Positions 60,835 through 64,000 of a DNA stretch of 64,000 nucleotides are shown piece by piece (within the stretch, counting starts at the first letter, position 1; the number at the start of each line of letters is the position of its first letter). The position numbers were made by a program, and so were the translations under genes. This DNA is from a bacterium (lineage in GTDB: Bacteria > SAR324 > NAC60-12), in NCBI GenBank assembly GCA_965205865.1, contig CBDBHR010000027.1, positions 64,001 through 128,000 of the forward strand. Reading direction: 5' to 3'. Under the pieces are notes generated by a model that worked only from the letters and a program-made list of their open reading frames with translations, had not been told where the DNA came from and made no database searches.

Positions 60835-61524
60835 TCAGATCCGTGACGCAGACCACTGGATGCCTCGTTGCAAAAAGGAAATAAAATTCGTATTAACCCA
60901 CGTTTGATTGTCATGACCTGATTGCCAACAGAGAATGCGATGGCCTTTGTATTGCCGAGTCCAAGCCAACGTCCGCATGCTCTTGGGGTGATTGGTGGTC
61001 AGGAGAATTCGACTCTCGCAATCGGGGTCGTTCATCAGATAAAGTTCATCCGTCATCTGCCAATCCGCCATTCCCCGGGTTATCGGATGTTCCGCATGGG
61101 TCACGGTCACCGAAAGCGTTTCCGGATCGGTGACCTCTAATTGGTTGAGGTCCAGGCTCAGATCATGAATTCCCACCCACTGGTTCCAAACAGGCCATTC
61201 CGGGAATGCCAAAATTGAATGATGGAGAATGAAAATTCCCTGTCCGGATTGATCCAATTGTTCCAACGCAAACCTGGGTTTTCCCCTGAAGCCAGGGCCT
61301 TCATCGTGTGGCTCATCCAAGAGCATCGTATAAAAAAGAACAACCTCATAAAAGTCCCGTTCCGCGGGCGAAGAATTGGCGAAATCGTCCATATGCTGGA
61401 TGTAGGCATCGACCCCTTCCAATCCCCGAAAGAGACGATGAAGCCCCACCACGTCAAAAGAATGACCGCCCGTCACCACGGCAGTGGGAATTGGTTTGTT
61501 GGTTTGCGTTGCATTATTCGTCAT
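60835..61524 (-). CDS. ThuA (glutamine-amidotransferase-like) domain protein
   Basis: TGGHSFD, HPITRG...DELY, GHDNQTW. Confidence 0.85.
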   Translation of the reverse strand: MTNNATQTNKPIPTAVVTGGHSFDVVGLHRLFRGLEGVDAYIQHMDDFANSSPAERDFYEVVLFYTMLLDEPHDEGPGFRGKPRFALEQLDQSGQGIFILHHSILAFPEWPVWNQWVGIHDLSLDLNQLEVTDPETLSVTVTHAEHPITRGMADWQMTDELYLMNDPDCESRILLTTNHPKSMRTLAWTRQYKGHRILCWQSGHDNQTWVNTNFISFLQRGIQWSASRI

Positions 61525-61562
61525 TTTTAACTCTCCTCGAGATATTTATGAATGGATACATA

Positions 61563-61756
61563 ACCTGAGTTCGAGATAAGAATTTAATAAATTCAATATG
61601 TTATGAAATCTTCATATCTAAGAGAAACCTTGTCATTCCTGCGAAAGCAGGAATCCAGAGATATGCAGCCAGACTGAAATCCGGATCTCCGCTTTCGCGA
61701 AGATGACATATACACCAGGATATTCATATTATTGAAGATTTATGTCGAACTCAGGT
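61563..61756 (-). mobile_element. ACCTGAGTTCG MITE, minimal 194-bp form
   Basis: TIRs; flanking direct repeat TACATA. Confidence 0.92.
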
Positions 61757-61953
61757 TACATAATTGTTTATATATTTGCATCACTTTAGAAGATTTGCAA
61801 ACTCTTGGTATTTTTGCCGGAAGAGGGATGAGCGCTACGGGTGGAAGTGGAGCAACGACGGCTCTGCTCGAGGAGAAGGGGGAGCAACTTGCGGGACTTG
61901 AATGAAAGGCTTATCCGCAGAATGAAACGTAAACCCTGATACCCTGGTTCCTT

Positions 61954-62853
61954 CTAAAGTTGAAACTTTAAATCAGATGTGAGCGCCCTGGCAAGCGCGT
62001 TGGCTTTTTCGGAGGAAATTGGTTTCAATGGCGGGCGCAGATTATGCCACTTGTTATTTCCAGTTCGCATTGCCAGCAAGGCTTTTTGAGCCGGGATGGG
62101 AGCATAATCCTGCAATAGAAGGCGCACCTTTTTGACTGTTTCATGCAGATTTTCCGCGTCCTCCCATTTTCCATTATGGCAGAGGGAAATCACCTTGCTG
62201 ATATCTCCCGGATTCAGATTTGCGGTTGCAGAAATACAGCCGGGCGCGCCAAGACGAATGGCATCGATCACAGGCAATTCCGCACCTGGATATACAATCA
62301 GCCCATTAATTCCCAATAGCGCCTTTGTATTCTCCCAGACCCCTGAGCTGTCCTTGATACCGGCAATGATGTCCGGATATGCCTGTTTCAGGCGTGACAC
62401 CAGTTCAATTGTCAGTGACACGCCAGAAACCTGAGGGATATGGTAGAGATAAATTTTCAATGTCGGGTCGTTAATCCGTTCAATCAACAGTTGATAATAA
62501 TCAAACAACCCTTCATCACTGACACCTTTAAAATAAAAGGGTGGAAGCATCAATATTCCGGCACAGCCCAATTCCAGCGCATGACGGCTCAGAGTCACCG
62601 TATCAGGCAAATTGCACAAACCTGTGCCGGGAATAATAAGATTCGGGTCAATGCCTGAAGCAATCAATCCTTCAAGGGCCTCGATCCGCTCTGAATTGCT
62701 GACGGACAATGCTTCACCGGTTGTACCAAATGGAGCCAATCCTGAACAGCCTGTTTCCAGCAATTGCGCTGCAAAATCGTTATACATGCCCTGGTCCAGA
62801 TTCAATTCATCATCAAATGGCGTCAAGACAGGTGCGATCAATCCTTTAATCAT
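61954..62853 (-). CDS. DapA/NanA family aldolase
   Basis: FGTTGE, YLYHIPQ, GIKDSSG (Schiff-base Lys). Confidence 0.9.
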   Translation of the reverse strand: MIKGLIAPVLTPFDDELNLDQGMYNDFAAQLLETGCSGLAPFGTTGEALSVSNSERIEALEGLIASGIDPNLIIPGTGLCNLPDTVTLSRHALELGCAGILMLPPFYFKGVSDEGLFDYYQLLIERINDPTLKIYLYHIPQVSGVSLTIELVSRLKQAYPDIIAGIKDSSGVWENTKALLGINGLIVYPGAELPVIDAIRLGAPGCISATANLNPGDISKVISLCHNGKWEDAENLHETVKKVRLLLQDYAPIPAQKALLAMRTGNNKWHNLRPPLKPISSEKANALARALTSDLKFQL

Positions 62854-62903
62854 TTCAAATCAATTCAATTTCTATCTGAAGGTGGACAATTATTTCGCGA
62901 CCG

Positions 62904-64000
62904 TCACACCCCGTGTGGCGCGTTTGAGGCCGAGCCTAAGATTTCTTCGGCAAAGCACATCGCCTTGAGCACACGGATGTCGTCGCGTTGCCTGCCGATG
63001 ATCTGCATTCCCACGGGCATTCCTGAGCGTGTGAACCCCGCATTCACAGTGCCGGCAGGATTGCGGGTCATGTTGATGCCCTGCGTAAAACCAACCGCCC
63101 AACCGGGTGAAAGGTCGCCGTTTACCAGCCCTTCGTAGCTGCCAATCTTGGGTGCCTGTCCCTGCAACGTCGGCGAAAGAATCAGCGGCGCCTCTTGAAA
63201 TACCTCCTCCAATCGATAGTTCAGGGTGAAACAAGCGTCGATCGCGCGGGCATAGTCCACCGCCGTGATCTGTTCCAGGCCATACTCGATCGCCAGGCGG
63301 AGACGCTCATCGATAAGCTCCCAATCGGCAGTACCGCGTAGATGTCCGTGAGCTCGAGCCCGGGAGGCTGTCCAGATGACCCACCATTGTTTGATCGGAT
63401 CTGCTTGCCAAATGTCCTCGCGTTCGATCACCTCCACGCCCGCTTCCTTCAGTTTTGCCACGGCTTCGCTGACAATGGCAGCGATTTCAGAGTCCACCTC
63501 GGCATATCCCATTGTACGTGAAAAGAGCACGCGCTCGGGTTTGTTGTCATGATCCAGTTGGGGGCGCCAGTCGGGGCCGTCTTTCGGCAAACCAAAAATA
63601 TCCGTCGCTTCATCTCCCCTGACGGCGTCCAAGGCATAAGCGGAGTCACGCGCGCAAAGCGCCATAGGACCTCTGAGCGTGAGGATTCCAGCTCCCGGTG
63701 GTTTGGGTCCACCGAGGGGAACACGCCCCTGGCTCGTCTTGATGCCACTGAGACCGCATAGCGCGCTGGGAATACGAATACTGCCGCCACCATCACTGCC
63801 AGTACACAATGGCACGACTCCCCCGGCAATTGCAGCCGCAGAACCTCCGGAGGACCCACCGGTATTGTAATCGAGGTTCCAGGGGTTCCGCGACGCGCCA
63901 AACGGTCGATTGTCGGTCTCTCCACGGTGACCAAACTCCGAGGTGTTGGTTTTGCCGACAACGATGCAACCTGCCACCTTAAGCCGGGCAACGAGGGGTG
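62904..64000 (-). CDS. Amidase-signature family enzyme; 5' end outside window
   Basis: GKTNTSEFG, GGSSGGS, GSDGGGSIRIP. Confidence 0.92.
   Translation of the reverse strand, partial: PLVARLKVAGCIVVGKTNTSEFGHRGETDNRPFGASRNPWNLDYNTGGSSGGSAAAIAGGVVPLCTGSDGGGSIRIPSALCGLSGIKTSQGRVPLGGPKPPGAGILTLRGPMALCARDSAYALDAVRGDEATDIFGLPKDGPDWRPQLDHDNKPERVLFSRTMGYAEVDSEIAAIVSEAVAKLKEAGVEVIEREDIWQADPIKQWWVIWTASRARAHGHLRGTADWELIDERLRLAIEYGLEQITAVDYARAIDACFTLNYRLEEVFQEAPLILSPTLQGQAPKIGSYEGLVNGDLSPGWAVGFTQGINMTRNPAGTVNAGFTRSGMPVGMQIIGRQRDDIRVLKAMCFAEEILGSASNAPHGV

Overview
Bacterial chromosomal segment. Its gene content (LptD, TesA-YbbAP, short ThrS, AsnS, a probable Sec-peroxiredoxin) suggests a Gram-negative deltaproteobacterial-type lineage, tentatively SAR324-like, and the many pseudogenes suggest a host-associated lifestyle; both points are inference. 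Housekeeping and metabolic blocks (lptD-aroQ, CoA-transferase, tesA-ybbAP, MFS, acyl-CoA ligase, pot-like ABC, LolA-like/DUF1302/YtfJ, aat, asnS, thrS, gatA, dut, MMPL, Mo-hydroxylase subunit, DapA-like, amidase) alternate with eroding accessory regions. These hold four paralogous family-5 ABC substrate-binding genes (three broken), four Rpn (PD-(D/E)xK) genes, HicAB, a nucleotidyltransferase, IS630, an IS5 remnant and several MITE/REP families. Main signals: (1) two Rpn copies carry independent in-frame deletions of the nuclease core but keep a conserved internal RBS+ATG and a variable coiled-coil C-terminus; one sits between the promoter and the full-length nuclease, suggesting stand-alone RpnS-like antitoxin cassettes inside an inverted duplication. 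(2) A 22-nt hairpin unit appears inserted recursively into the loops of its own kind, so MITE lengths come in steps of 194/216/216/260 bp. (3) A peroxiredoxin with UGA at the catalytic position and a SECIS-like hairpin, missed by the ORF track. (4) A ~36-nt motif shared between the upstream regions of unrelated genes. No rRNA, tRNA or CRISPR array was recognised.
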